From NCBI GenBank assembly GCA_965285935.1, contig OZ260664.1, forward strand, positions 41,850,001 through 41,914,000: a stretch of 64,000 nucleotides of DNA. The letters run 5' to 3'. The notes under the pieces are model-generated. The model made no database searches. It was not told where the DNA came from and saw only the letters and a list, made by a program, of their open reading frames with translations. The translations under genes were made by a program, and so were the position numbers. Numbering within the stretch: the first letter of the stretch is position 1; every line of letters begins with the position of its first letter. Source of the DNA: Ophelia neglecta. Taxonomy: Eukaryota. Below, piece after piece: positions 1 through 13,800 of the stretch.

Positions 1-3000
1 CGGGGACCGTATGCTGTCCAGGCGGTTTAACAGAAACCGTAGGGAGGCCGTATAAATTCATCCTGCGGCTGCTTGTGACCTTCAAAACCCGAGAGGGTCA
101 TTCCCGGCCCATTGATCCATTTGTGCCCGGCTCAGCGCCCGTACGGATAATCAACTCAGCAAGGATAGTCACCGGATTTTAACTCACCAGAACCAGAATG
201 GGGAGGACTATGTAATCAATTATTTATTTATGGGAGGGAGGAATGAATTAAATGCACAATGACCAATTATAAGCTAATCAAATCAGAAAATGAAATACTG
301 AATAATGAAGGAAAAACATAGATTAACATGTTTGATAAAAGTCCTGAAGTACCTTTAGTTAATACTGGACATATACCGAGAAGGGAAAAACATACATTAC
401 TAGTAACACATTATAAAAACAATGCTAATAAGTAATAGTTAAAGCTTATTTTTACGAAGAACTAAAAACAAGTTTTGTTTAATGAGTTTGATATTCAGTA
501 TAGCATATGGCGTTACCGGACGTGAGAAAATTTTGAATTAAATGTCAATTAGAGCGTCCTCATTTAATTGTCACACTAGTAACCCTCAAACAATATATAG
601 CCATGAAGTGTAGACATTTTACCAATTTACCCAGGTAATACACACGGCTCAAGGACTTGTGGAATCATACAAAGGATTCCGTCAAGCTAAAATGAGTCAA
701 TATAAGATCGATGACATCTACGCAGTAAATGACTCAAATGGCTTTGAGCGATCTACTTCTCTCGGCTTAAGGCTAGGGGTCATGTGTATCTACTTCATAC
801 TGGTATAACTTCGTGCGTAGGAGATGCACATGTCCAGTCACAATAAAAGCGCGACTGGTCTACTTTTAATTCCATACTTAACATCTTATTGCACTATCGA
901 AGATATATAACACCCTATTCCTCTTTAGTATGCATGGACCTTTTAAACCCCTCTTTTGCCTTGTGCTTATTGAGACAATTCATTTTCTAGCCACTTAAAT
1001 TATGAGAAAGTTGAAAGTAGATAGTGGAATTGATATCAATTTTACATTTTCATTTTCTTATTTGCATTACTAGTTAATTGCTGGGCGCCGACGATTGCAG
1101 TATGTGATCCCGTGGCTCCTGGTTCCTGGTTCCTGGTGATTTCCGTGCGATGTATTGGATTTTCTTGATTAATGATTATGCTTTGGCCGTCGGTTATCAC
1201 TTCCGGTTTTATTTATTTGGAGAGACTTTCATTTAATATCATCTATAAGATGTTTATTCAATACATATCACATTAAATGTCGTTTCAAACACAGTAGTCC
1301 TTAAGTAGTATTTAAGAGGTTATATTAAACAGATCTCATAAAGAGATCGTTTTCATATACTACTGCCTTGATCTCCCTGGACACAGATTCTAAACTCATT
1401 AGCAATACGTCTCGCTGTGTGTATATGTATTTCTCTTTGTATTTGAAACATTTTATGAAATAAATTAATTTCGTGATTAATTATCATAGACGCTTTACTC
1501 ATGCGTATTTGTTTAATTGTCTCAGTTTTAGTGCACTACGGCTACGCTTTTGAAGACATGCCGTGTACTACTCTGTTCATTTTTGTAGCCAGTCTCGACG
1601 CTTTAAATGAAGATATTAAGCATTTACATCATGTGCAAATTTGATTAGATCTACATTACCACACATGTATTTTTATGCATGCCTAGAAAAAGAGAACGAC
1701 AGCACAATTTTAGCACGTTTTTCATAGAGTTCATCAAGTAAAGGATCCGGTCACCAATAACTAGTTGGCGGGCTGGGTACAAATTCGACACAATTGAATA
1801 TTGATTGATGACTGCTCTTATGATCGGTTAATCAAACGGACGATCCCCCTTGTGATTGATTGTTATATTTGGTATAGAATATCAGCAACCGAAGTTTGGC
1901 GTTCACAATGTGACCTTTATAATGAGATCAAGGTTATGTGTTCCACCTGGTACAATGTTAGACTAAACAGGCTGTGGTTTCTGAAGAGAATATGTTTGAG
2001 GTTTTGATGAGCTGGTCAATGAGTGCACAGAACTCATCTTAGAGATGGAAATGAATAATGCAGGCATTTACACAACAACACATTTGTTAAGCTAGGTCTT
2101 TTTGAGACAGAGTGGAAATAAGCAATTTCGGCCATACGGATATATGGAAACATGTCCGACCCAAGATTTCATGAGTTTTGCAAACTGAGATAAAAGCTGC
2201 AACAGGTTGTGCTATTTCAATTGATGACACCCAATCCCACCACCCCAATTTTCAGACAAATAAATGAGGTTTCTGGTGTTCTCGGTATACGTGCTGGCGT
2301 CAAAAGGCCTGGGTGTTGTTTGTTTACGTTTATCAGATGACTCACTCAGGAGATTGCTTTAAGAGGTGCACACCTCTTGTATTCCATGCACTCTAGAGAC
2401 GATTGTCTAGTAGGCCTATACAATAATCATTTACGTTTACTTTGAAATTTAATATTTCACTATAAAAGAGACAAAGTAGGCACAAACAAGTTTCTACTCT
2501 TTTATAACCCTTAAAATTGAGGTTTTGCTATTTTCATTATTTGTATAGCAGGTCAGTTTTAAGGTAAAAACTCATGACACGTGATCGGTGAATATCTTTA
2601 AGCTGTTCCACCAATTTTACACCTATACGTTTAGGTTAAAGACCAGTTTCGGATAAACCGCTTGGTTACAATCAAATCATAATTTGTTAGTTTATATATG
2701 TGTAGTAAACAAGGCCCATTATAACGGTACATGGGAGGATTCGGGCTGAATGAATTCAACCCAACATTCACAGCTTGCCAGTTTGGAGGCCGCACACGGA
2801 GTTCTGAAATGATTTTGGGAAATGATCAATTGTTTTCATGTTTCATTTAACAAGTGTCCCAAGTTATTTTTCTTAGATCCTGAATATCTTAACATTTTAA
2901 TAAGGCATTTTAACAAGTATTTTTTGCAAAACATTGGTATTTGCTCATTGATTGTTTACATGTTGAGGTTCAATTGAAATCGAACCTTTAAATACCATTG

Positions 3001-5689
3001 TTATCATAAGCTTTTCATTAAAAATCTGTATTGTTAACTAACAAACTTCAAAGTCAAATAGCATCGGAACGAAGATCGACTGTCGACGGAGATTGAAAAA
3101 ACGCTGAATGTAACTGTATTTATTCTGTTACGAAAATCATTTAACGACATAAAAGATAATATTAACCAATCTGAAATCATACATTTTCCATTGCCACCTT
3201 CTGTTTGACCAAAACTTGCAGTAGACTTTATCAAGGTGACAATGAAGGCCGATGTCACAAAGAGAATGACTGTCCATAAGATTAGAAGCCAGAGTAATAC
3301 CGTCACACGGTCCGGATTCATTTCTACCGCGTACGATAACAGCCAGGTCGAAATAACATTATAATGTTGCGCTCCATATCAAGTAATAGTTTTTGGTAAG
3401 CGTGTAAAGTGAATAGATTCCATATCTATGGAGATAAATAGTTATTATATTTATGCCCTGCATTGCCCGCCAGATTGCACATACTGTAGTGCTGAAGATT
3501 AACTACACTGTTGTTCGTTGTAAATAAATTCTTGAAATAAGGAGCTGCACTTTGTTTCATTTCATAAACAACATAATATATCTTTAAAAAAAGTGACAGG
3601 AGCAGTGTTAAGTTAGACACTAGAAGCATTGATTTCAGTCGCTCTTCACAACCTCCTGAAGTAAAGCATGCCATTTCAGGCGTGTCAGGGTCATAGTATG
3701 TTCGTCACGCTGATGACATCCCTGCCAATGCACTTTAGGGCGGCACTTGCTGTTCGGAATGACGCTATTTAATGGATGCTTCAAAGTAACAAGTTTTTTT
3801 TAAGAATCAAAAAAGCGCATATAAAGCAATGTTGGTCAGTAGTGAAGTTACAAACCAGTGCAATGTTTTACGAACCGAAGGCACTTCAATTTCTGACATT
3901 GTTTGTCATCGTTTGTCATCGCTCTTTTTTATTCCATTTATTAATTCAGTTTTTTTTAAACCTGTTTTAGCAATATATAATACATCCCACGGACAGCGAT
4001 ATTAATTTTAACTGCCAAACGATAACATTCTCCTATATGGTATCTACATGTGCATCGCATTGTGGTAAGTGCATATTTTAACTAGTAACGTTAGTCATAC
4101 CCGTTACCGTGATGCCGCATACACTTTTACAAAGCATTGTACCATATCGGGGAAAACGTTCTGGTAGGGAAGACAAATTAATCTGGCGATTGTTTAAAAA
4201 CTACTTTTTGTATTTTGTAATTTGAAGATAGCCTAAACAATAATTAATGAGGGAGAAAATAGTGGTAAATATTATTAGTTATTAAAAAATTACCAGCAAA
4301 GCGATACATCTACAGTTTCGTTAGTCTAACTGTACAGTAATGGCCAATAAAAGGTCGACACAGTAGTACATTTAGAAAAATAAGCATGAAAATAGAGCTT
4401 ATGTACGGACAATTATTGGTGTAAGCGCCATCTATTGAGCAATGAAAGACCGCGCTGCATGCTGGGACAATTTGGTAGGCAAGAACACCAGGCTGTCATT
4501 AACTCCCGCAGCCACACTATTTTGTTGTTGTCTTTCTCCATTAACTAAATGTTGTAAATGAGAAAGCTTGCATGCTGTGCTTGATTTCAAAATAATTGTG
4601 TTATCAGCTAAAACAAATGAGAAAATAAACCTCTTCAATGCAATAAAAAAAATTGCAGATCTGTTAAAGTGTATCGTCATTGGCTTTAAAAAACTAGTTT
4701 TTGAGCCGCTAGCAAGTTGCCTTGAGGGAATACGTCTCCGAGCGTCCAACTTTATGGTGACAATTCTGTGTACTGTATTATATTAAAGACAGGCTTCCCG
4801 GACAGCGCGAACGACTTTATAATTGGATCTGGCAAGGAGAAATGTGCGCGCATTTCTAGTGAATAGATGCACGTTTTATTTGAAACTAGTGAACCTAGAA
4901 GGGAGCCGGCGCTTCAGGCATGTTATTTTTGGCATACTGGATATCCACCCATTGATGTAACGGATGCGATGTTCTATAATTTTCCTTGTTTTCTCATAAA
5001 ATAATGCATAAATGATCACGATGTTGTACGAAGCCATAAGCCTCGCCCCAATGTCACGATATAATGTGCAGAAAGGATAAACTGCATAGATAGTTGGCAT
5101 TGGCAAAAAAAGTTATGCTCATAGAAAATAATGTGCGATCTTTAAAATGAATAAGCATTTAGGCCTAGTTATCTGAAGAAATGACGTTGAAATGTTCTGA
5201 GTCACCACGCCAAGAACAACTAAGCTCTGGTGGCAGACCAGTTCCCAATCCAGTTCCCCTACAAGCAGGTACCACGCTGATACAAGAATATTCTAGAATC
5301 GGTGAATCTAAGACATATTGCAAGGCCAGGACATTTTACGATATAGGACTCTGCCGGAAAACAAACGTAGGTCAGTTTACATTACTTTACAACAAACAAT
5401 AGCTACTGTTATATCAGATATTAAATGTCAATACGTAGTAATATGTAATATGTATTCGGTTTGCGGTAGGGGTTAGGGATAAGAATGGGATGTTTCAGTT
5501 GGGTTGTAAGCAAATTCTTACTCCAAGCCCTGTCACAACTTAACCCTAACTTATTGTTTTCTTATATGTGTCTCTTTTATTTGCAGGTTTATACTAATTT
5601 ATTTACTAAACTAACTGCTTTTTTCTAAATCAGGATCACAATACCATGTACCATATTTACATGCAACATTTTTTCCCTAACCCATTCAG

Positions 5690-5724
5690 CAGCAAAATCT
5701 TTATTTAATAACGATTCAAACAAG
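5690..5724 (+). other. Candidate 5' UTR exon
   Basis: Branch-like ccctaac followed by ccattcag acceptor at 5688-5689, and AAG|gtatgt donor at 5725. An upstream exon is needed because the ATG exon starts after an acceptor at 6756-6757. Confidence 0.35.
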
Positions 5725-6758
5725 GTATGTTATTTCCTATAATCAGCGTAAATGTGAACTGGCCATAGACGTTTTATTTGTAGTGAACTTCCATTAAGTT
5801 TTCTCCGAAACCCCTTTGCCTGCCATGTTTTCCTTGGTACCTTTTTGTTCGCATCATTTCAACTCTCCAAACTTAACAATGATAAATTTAATATGCTTTG
5901 CTTGTTTGTGTGCTTAGATATATATAAATACAGTAGTAGTTTGTGTTTAGTAAAGAGCAGACTTTGGAAAAACCATATGCACAGTTAAAATTGATGTTTT
6001 ACTATCAAAATCTATAAGTACTTTTCTCGTTTCAAAAGAATGGAGTTCACGCATTTGTTAATGTAACATTTTCTCAACCTACAATTACATTTTTCAAATA
6101 TGTCTAGGTGTCCTACATGTGTAGTCTACAAAACTACGCCCATCTTCTCGTTGTAAAACTTGGATTGGAATGACGTCATTTTCAATCATAGACAAGAGCA
6201 TTCCAAACAAGCTGAACCTACATGAGCATTTAACTTTGATTTATGTTGAATATATTTATTCATTGTTTCAATTATTATTCTTGCCTAAATGATCTGAAAT
6301 CAATGCTACCTTATTTTTTCGGGGAAGAAATAAGATCTCAATCCTCACTATTTCAGTACATGTATCTATGTTTTGCGTCAACTCGCAGGAATCCAAACAA
6401 AATTATTCCGACTTTGTGGTGGTTCCTTTATGTTTTGTTAGCGATCCAGTCGAATGGTTTCAGAACTTGGCATGATCGTGGCACCAACAGTGTGCTGCCT
6501 TCTCTACACATAGTGGGTGCGCCTTTTAACTCTGGGTGACTGACTGTCTAACCGAGTGTCACGAGGCCACAATCTATCTTAAACTCAGTTTATAGCTTGG
6601 TGCCTATGTCTCCAGCTACTAGTTATTTTTCCCGCGTCATACGTTCAATTATAGACGCTACCTAAAGCAGAAATCAGCGGCAACACACTTAAATATGTCG
6701 ATTATTTTGATAACATTCCAATATTCTTCGGCTTAATCCATCTCTCAATCTGTTCAGG

Positions 6759-9700
6759 ATGGCGGCGCGTCCCGCCCTTGCAGCCGTTTGGCGGCTGGTG
6801 ACCCCTCACAGAGATCTCCAATCATCGACCAACTGTCACAGTACTTTCGGCAGGACTATTGGTATGTAAGCATAATTCATATTGGATTTTCATTTTATTC
6901 AAATTCATTCAATAGTTTTTTTTCTAGCTAACATTTTGATGCTGAAAAACACTTACATGTATATTGAAATATATTTACGTATGTAAGTTAAGGTTCGAAA
7001 TATGTTATTAAACATCCTTGATTAAACTTGATAAGTATTTGTTACTTTCACGAGAAAAGTATTTTGTCACTTAAACAACAAACGTTGGACGTTGATATAG
7101 CATTATGTTGGAGTATGTGGTCGAAGGGAGTCATACCCCTAAGTCCAGAAGCAGTAAAATTCACAAACTCATATCTGATTTGTACTGACGCACGAGATTC
7201 ATGGCGGTATAAAAAACCGTAGAAGGGGATGTAGTGTGAGACTGGGTTGATGGCCAAACTTACTTTCAAATCATAATGACAAAGTACGAGTTCATAGTTT
7301 TGCATAACATATATCAGGCAATAGTTTTGAAGTATACCTTCTATTACTATTATAGGTTACTTCAGCCTACTGTTGAATAACTTCATTAGTGCACATGTAC
7401 GCTTATGTCGACCCAACATGAAAGTTATACATCTATGCAATATAATTATCACTATCAATGTTACTTCGTTGCTTTAATTAGTTGGGCGCAAATTTAAGAA
7501 TACTATATAGACTATATATCATTGATGAAAGCCTAGTACCCGTCTCCTTATTTAACAGACACACCCAATTTGTGTAGTCAGTTGGCAGCTACGCCACCTC
7601 TATATTTAGCCAGGAACTGTTTTTTTTGTGAGGTATGTCTTATATTTAACATGGTACCGATCAAAATGCTACTGTCAATATTGTCACATGACACTTGTGC
7701 GACCATCCAATATACCCACGCAAACAATGTCATTCATTATTTTTACCGGATGGCGGTATTCACTGTATCTTTTATACTGTTTTGGTATTGAATCATTTAA
7801 CCGCAATGTACTAATGGTTGAGGATTCCATTTTACCCATATTTATACGAAGGTTTTAATTATTTTGTTACTCAGCGCAAGTGTTACCACGGGAGAGACTG
7901 GAACATTGCGCACACACATTATTACCTATTGCATTGTTGAGGTAAAACTTATTTTACAGTTTAAAGATTGATGAAAGTTGTTTTTATGTTCTCGGTTAAT
8001 TTCATAAGCGCGAAAAGACAGCAAGTTACAAGAGTTTGATGTTCTTACTAGCATAACTCGTTACGAATTTCCTCCACTTGCCTTCCTATAGTATATAAGC
8101 ACGCACCCCGAGCTGGAAATGTGTTCGTTCATACAGTTGAAAGGGGGGGGGGGGTGAGAACCAAGACCACACAAGCGCTCATCCTCCGTGACAAATGGTG
8201 GCTGACGGCCACTTTTGAGGGACAATGACTGTCCGTGATCGCCTATCCAAGATCTGACACAACTCTGCTTAAAGACACAATTACCAGCTATAACAAAGGA
8301 TGCTGTGTATCGTGTTAGAATTCTAAGAGCTAATGAAAAAAAAACCTTTTGTCTTATTCTTTGGGACTGGTAATGAGCGTTGGTATTGAGCCATTTGTGA
8401 GGTATCATGTGGGGCTAATTTTCGGGGAACTCTCTCCGCTACAAAAGTGGTCTTAACCAAAGTATGCGTGGGTGCGAAAGAGGCACTTTGCTTAATTCAT
8501 TGTTTTTTCCTCGTGCATCTCTCCCTGCCAGTGTACCTCCATTACACATATGTGTTGATGTTATAAATGGGATTTAATACGTTGACAACCTTATCTTAAT
8601 ATGCAGTATTTGTTATTTTGCCTCCTTTGGACTCCCTGAAGCCAAGCATGCCAAATATTACCTGGAACCAAATTTTTAAATAGGCTGCATTAGGTTTGGT
8701 CTAGCCACTGTCCGTCCTTTTTACTTTATCTATATAGCTGTAGTAGGAAACATATCCTGCCATCTGGTAAACAAGCAAATGTTTTAACGATCTTGAGAAG
8801 CTCTTCTTACAAAACACAGAGCAATCTCACTTTTGTTCTGTATTTCACATCTTCAAGTATTTAGATAACAATATGTTGACTGATCGCCAAGTCGCCTATT
8901 ATCCTAGACATACTTCTTCATTTCTGTCGTAGGATATATAATAATCTAGATAATATAATAATCTTGATAGCGGTGATGGTGACGAAATATTATCAGCCTT
9001 TCTCGGCTCATTGAAGGTTTTTGATAGAGTATACCACACTGGTCTTCCCTTTACGCTACGGCAAGTAGACATCAGGGGTCCTTAGAAAGGCGCCAGGTAG
9101 GATCCCCATGCAAGCACGGTGTTCTTTATGAAACACACGTGGTTTATTGACTAAATGTTTGCTAAACGAAAAATCATGTTATAACAGCGTAAACTAATGT
9201 CCCGCGTGGCGGCCATCTTGGATTTCATCTCGTGCGACCACTAAAAGTATTCATTTCTATCACTTTCTAAAACGTTTGATAATTAATAGGTATATTCATG
9301 ATATTTTAACTTGCTATTAAGATGTGAAGTATTGTTGTCGTCAAGGTCAGTGTTACTCTGTCAAGGTCAAGGAAAAGTTGCGACATTTCTTGTTTTTATC
9401 ATAGTTTTATCCCCATATTTCAAACACTTTTAGTATTGTTTACTAAATATGGCACAAACAAAAAATTCTTCAGAAGTTGGGAAATATACATTTTTCTTTC
9501 GAATATGCTCGAAAAAATGTTCACAAGCCTTCCAGCCCCCCCCCCCCCACCCCCTACCCCCACCCCACCCCGCCCCAATCCCCCACCCCTAACCAACTGC
9601 TTTACATCGAATAATTCGGATCAAAGTATAGTGTATGTAAAGGGAATGTGCAACCCTTCTCGGGCCCGACTTGCTCTGACACTGAGAAGTTAATCCGAGC

Positions 9701-10875
9701 GTTTACCGGCGGCAGCCGAATATTAATAATATTATTTTTATAGTCCCCTATGTCTAGTTGGGGGTATCCGTATAGCATTGTTAACTGAGAACAATGCACA
9801 ATCGTCGAAGGTTTGGGTTAGTTTTGCTAGGATTGGTTGAGTTGGCCAAGGATACGACAACGACACAAGATAGTGTTGTGTCAATACTCAGTAGCCCCGG
9901 GTCAGTAGCAAGGGCAATTAGGCCAACCTGTAGAGTAGTAAATACCAGTCGTGTGAGAAGTATGAGTCTATATAGATTTATGCTGTCGTCCCCTATTGCT
10001 GCAGGCTATATTTTAGTGGCCGTGTCACCGAGGCTTGGCTGGGGGTAGGATGCTGCGTGGTCCCACTGAGAGTAATAGGCCTACACCCTGTATATATTCG
10101 GTGGTATTCTGGCCTCCCTGCAGCAAAGCAATAAATATAATTGGTAAATATTACACACATGTGATCATACTGCGCATGACTTGCAATGCTCTATATGTAT
10201 ACATGTTTCCTTTGCTGTTTCCGGAAAACCTATGAAAGGTGACTGTCAATCAACAGACTTCTTTGTCTCCGTCAAATTCCGGGAGATTTCACGGTATTTC
10301 ATATGTAAAGGTCCTATAGATGTAAATTTTGTCTGATTGTTATCAGATCTTTTTTACAATGTGGATCTGTATTATAGATCCAAAATATGTATTGAAACTT
10401 ATTGTTAAGAATACTCATTTTAATTCATATTTGATTGTGTCTATATATATATCGGAGTTTTCTATCACGCCATTTGATTCCACATTTAGATTCTTTTTTG
10501 CACAATATAGCCTCTAATTGTTTCTCATTGTCCCTCAACCTGCCATTGACAATACCACGTCGTTATGAAAAATATTCCTCTTGTTGTAAACAAAATATGA
10601 TAGGCAAAGAAGACATGCATTTGTGTTTGGTAGCTGAATAGCAGTGATAATATACAATGTGTACTTTTTCTTGTTTTCCAGAAGCATAAATTTGAACAGG
10701 CGAAACTCGTTATTCACGACATGCAGCACATCATTTTGTAAAACAATATAATTCACATCTTCCTATACTATTGTGACATTTCAAATTAAGAACACTTATT
10801 TATTTTCAGGTATAGCAGAACTTTTTGTCATTTTGCTGACAATTTGCCAAACCAGCGTTGAGGCCTTAAGTGTCC
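6759..10875 (+). CDS. Signal-peptide exons (6759-6861, 10810-10875): MAARPALAAVWRLVTPHRDLQSSTNCHSTFGRTIG-IAELFVILLTICQTSVEA/LSV
   Basis: tgttcag|gATG...G|gtatgt (phase 1) joins ttttcag|GT...C|gtaagt (phase 1), which joins ttcag|CC at 12036 in frame. The peptide has a hydrophobic core and a V-E-A cleavage-type motif. Confidence 0.75.
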
Positions 10876-13800
10876 GTAAGTATTTCTTACAATATTATTT
10901 TGACAATCTTATAATATTATGCACTAGTCCTCTATCGAATAAGTTTAGTAACACTACTGCGTGATCCGAACAAAATGATTTCTCCTATATAAATATCATT
11001 CAACAGTTAGTGAAGCAACATTTTTCTGCACTTTCCAATTATCATATTTGTCAGGCCCTGCATATTACTTTGACATTGTGCTCAAACCTACTTGTGCTTT
11101 TCCAATGGGACTTGACTAGTGGTAAAGATGCCAAAATAAGAAATTATTCATACTTTAATGTAAAAGTGTCACACTAACCTCAACTTCGGAGGTATTTCTA
11201 GTTATCTTTCCTCTAGAAAAGGACCTCGTATTTATTTGCTGACCCATGAGATACATTATATTAAAATATATAAATACTTGATGAATATGACGCCTGATAT
11301 ACTTGGCATTCGATCTGTGGACGTGGATGTATAGATATTTATCACCAACCGGTGTTCAAAGCGCTTACCTATCTCTTGACTAAAATTAGTTCCTATCCTG
11401 GTCCGGGTATGCTACTGACATGGTAACCTCCTAGCTGTCGTTGGACCAGGCCTCTACACGCTAGGCATATACATGTATCGACAAATCTCACACAGAACAT
11501 CTTGTATATTTTAAAATTCTGATCAACTTTTGTCAATTGTGCTTTTAAATTTCGTTTTCCACAAAGATATTAATGGCGGTTCTCCCACGCCACCACCACC
11601 TCAACACCCCCCCCCCCCACCCACCCACACCCCGCCCGCCACTGTATGCAACGTATAGCAGCATAATCACCTGTTTCAGTTTAGGGGTCTCATACCCTAT
11701 ACCATGGCAGGGTCAGAACTTTCTCAACCAAATGAATGTACCGTTAACTACTAAATTTTGTATTTAGTAGTTGCGAAAAGGCACATGGCAATGTGAGTCC
11801 TTCTAGGGCAGTGCGAACAACCTTTGTGTTCTGTGTTAGACTTGTAAGTGAATCATTTGCTGGCCTATACCAAGGTTAGCATGTGATATATAGGCCTACC
11901 CTCAATGTGGTAGTATGACTGGATCACTTCTCAGTTCCGGTGCATGCTGCTAGTTATTGACAATTGTTGTTGTTTGTGAATTAATGATATGTTCTACCCG
12001 AAAATCATAAATTCGATATGATATGGCCATTTCAGCCAACCGGGACTGCCCGGCTGTCGACATGAGCCGCGGCAACTCCTTTGCTTTCGCGGTACCCCAG
12101 GGTAAGATCGGAGAGACCATGCCTGATGTCGAGATCATGGTTATCAATGCTGCAAATAATGAAATGCAGGCGTCTATCCGAGGGCCCGGCGCCCCTGGCT
12201 CCAACTCTGTGGTCACTGTATCTACAAAAACACTGTAAGTAGTAATAGATTTCCCCCTACTAAAGTTATTGTCGTTTAAGTATGTTGCCGGTGTCCCTTT
12301 GATCAGAGCCTTCTGGGGCAGATGTTGCCTCTGTGCTCCTTCCTCTCTTTGATCAGTGCCTTCTGAGGCTTCTTGACATGTTAACCCAACAATCCTCCAT
12401 TAACCTTCCATTATCCAGATTATTCAGTCATGGATGAATGTAACTTGAAGTACGGTTAAAAAAACACATCGCGTGATATCAGTCTTAAAGTGGAAAATAT
12501 TTGTCGCGGGCTTAAAAAATACGCTCAGAACTGTTTGATTTATTGGCATTTTTTGCCAACTGAGAATAACCTGAAAGTTTAGTAAAATTTATCAAAATGA
12601 TTTGCATGTAATTCTTTCATTGTTCTTTTACACTAATGATACCGACCATACGCATGACATTTTTAATTTGCGATACCCCAAAATGTGAACTATCAAGTCA
12701 TGATCATCACTACGGTCAGCGATAACACCATAGTTCTAGTGCAGTTTGTTAATCCCAGGGTTAGTGTAAGGCTAGACGGTATGTCCTATTCACAAACTCG
12801 GCCTCTCTCTGTTATACTCAATGCCGGTGACGTGCTGCAGCTCGCTGACCTGAAGGGGGCCGACATGTCCGGCTCACGAATCACGGCTACCAACCCCATA
12901 GCCGTCTTCGGCGGGGTTACAAGCGGTGTCTTCGGACAGCAGCGCCCCAATCTAATGCCAGATTACGTATTGGAACAAATGCCGAGGCCACATAGAACTG
13001 TTGACGATGCTGTAGTAATGTTAACCCACAAGCCAACAAAATTTAGTGGAGATATAACTTACAAGATCGTGGCTATGGATGAGCAAATAGGAGTAAGAGT
13101 AACGGACCTTGAGGGAGTGCCGACAGCAGAAGCCTACACCATGAGGACCGTGGGTGAAACGGTGGTCGAATTGAGGGCGGTGGGAGTAATAAATGTGGCG
13201 TTAGCACTCTACTACAATAAGCCTTCGTTAGTGGCTCATATCCTCCACAGCACTCCAAATCTTCCTATTCATGTATCGTTTGATCTCCAAGCTCCGGCTG
13301 TTGTATTCCCGCCAGCAGCCTCGCAATACAGACGGCAGTACTTTTTCGCCCAACCTAGAAGCTATGGTGGCATCTCCCGTTCAGAGTGGAACGTGCTGGC
13401 GTTTGTCTCTTGGATGACGGTTAATGCCGCTGCCAACCCGATTACGGCCAGAACCGGCGGTGGCGGCACTCTGTTAGCATCGGACTTTGGAGCCGGAACC
13501 AACAACAAAGCCGGAGAATTCTCCGTTGCGGCTTACGTGGTTGACGCAGACTGGGCAGACTTTACAAGTGGGTCGAGTTTCGGGCTCTATGTTGTAGGTT
13601 TTGTCAAAGATAAGCATCAATGCTCATTTGCTTTTACCCCAGACCGATGTACTTCTACGGGTGCCCCTCCAATACTAAAGGTAAGATTAGTTCCAAGTAT
13701 TTTATTGTTTATTTGTTCATTTATACACCTACCAACAGGATAACGCTGGAATATAGCACCTTATCCCTATAGTACGTAAGTACCTTAGCAGGGACGAAAA

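Noticed and set aside
1-232. GC-richer segment ending in aatcaattatttattta, possibly a SINE 3' end
   Set aside because: Truncated by the window edge with no second copy or Pol III boxes visible; cannot be supported.
1-6700. Short ORFs upstream of the gene (1801-2007, 3034-3321, 4432-4749, 5181-5402, 6243-6539 and others)
   Set aside because: AT-rich composition, no recognisable motifs and no phase-consistent exon chain; probably intergenic, UTR or repeat sequence.
9436-11767. Pro-rich ORFs at 9436-9693 and 11573-11767
   Set aside because: Artefacts of intronic poly-C tracts.
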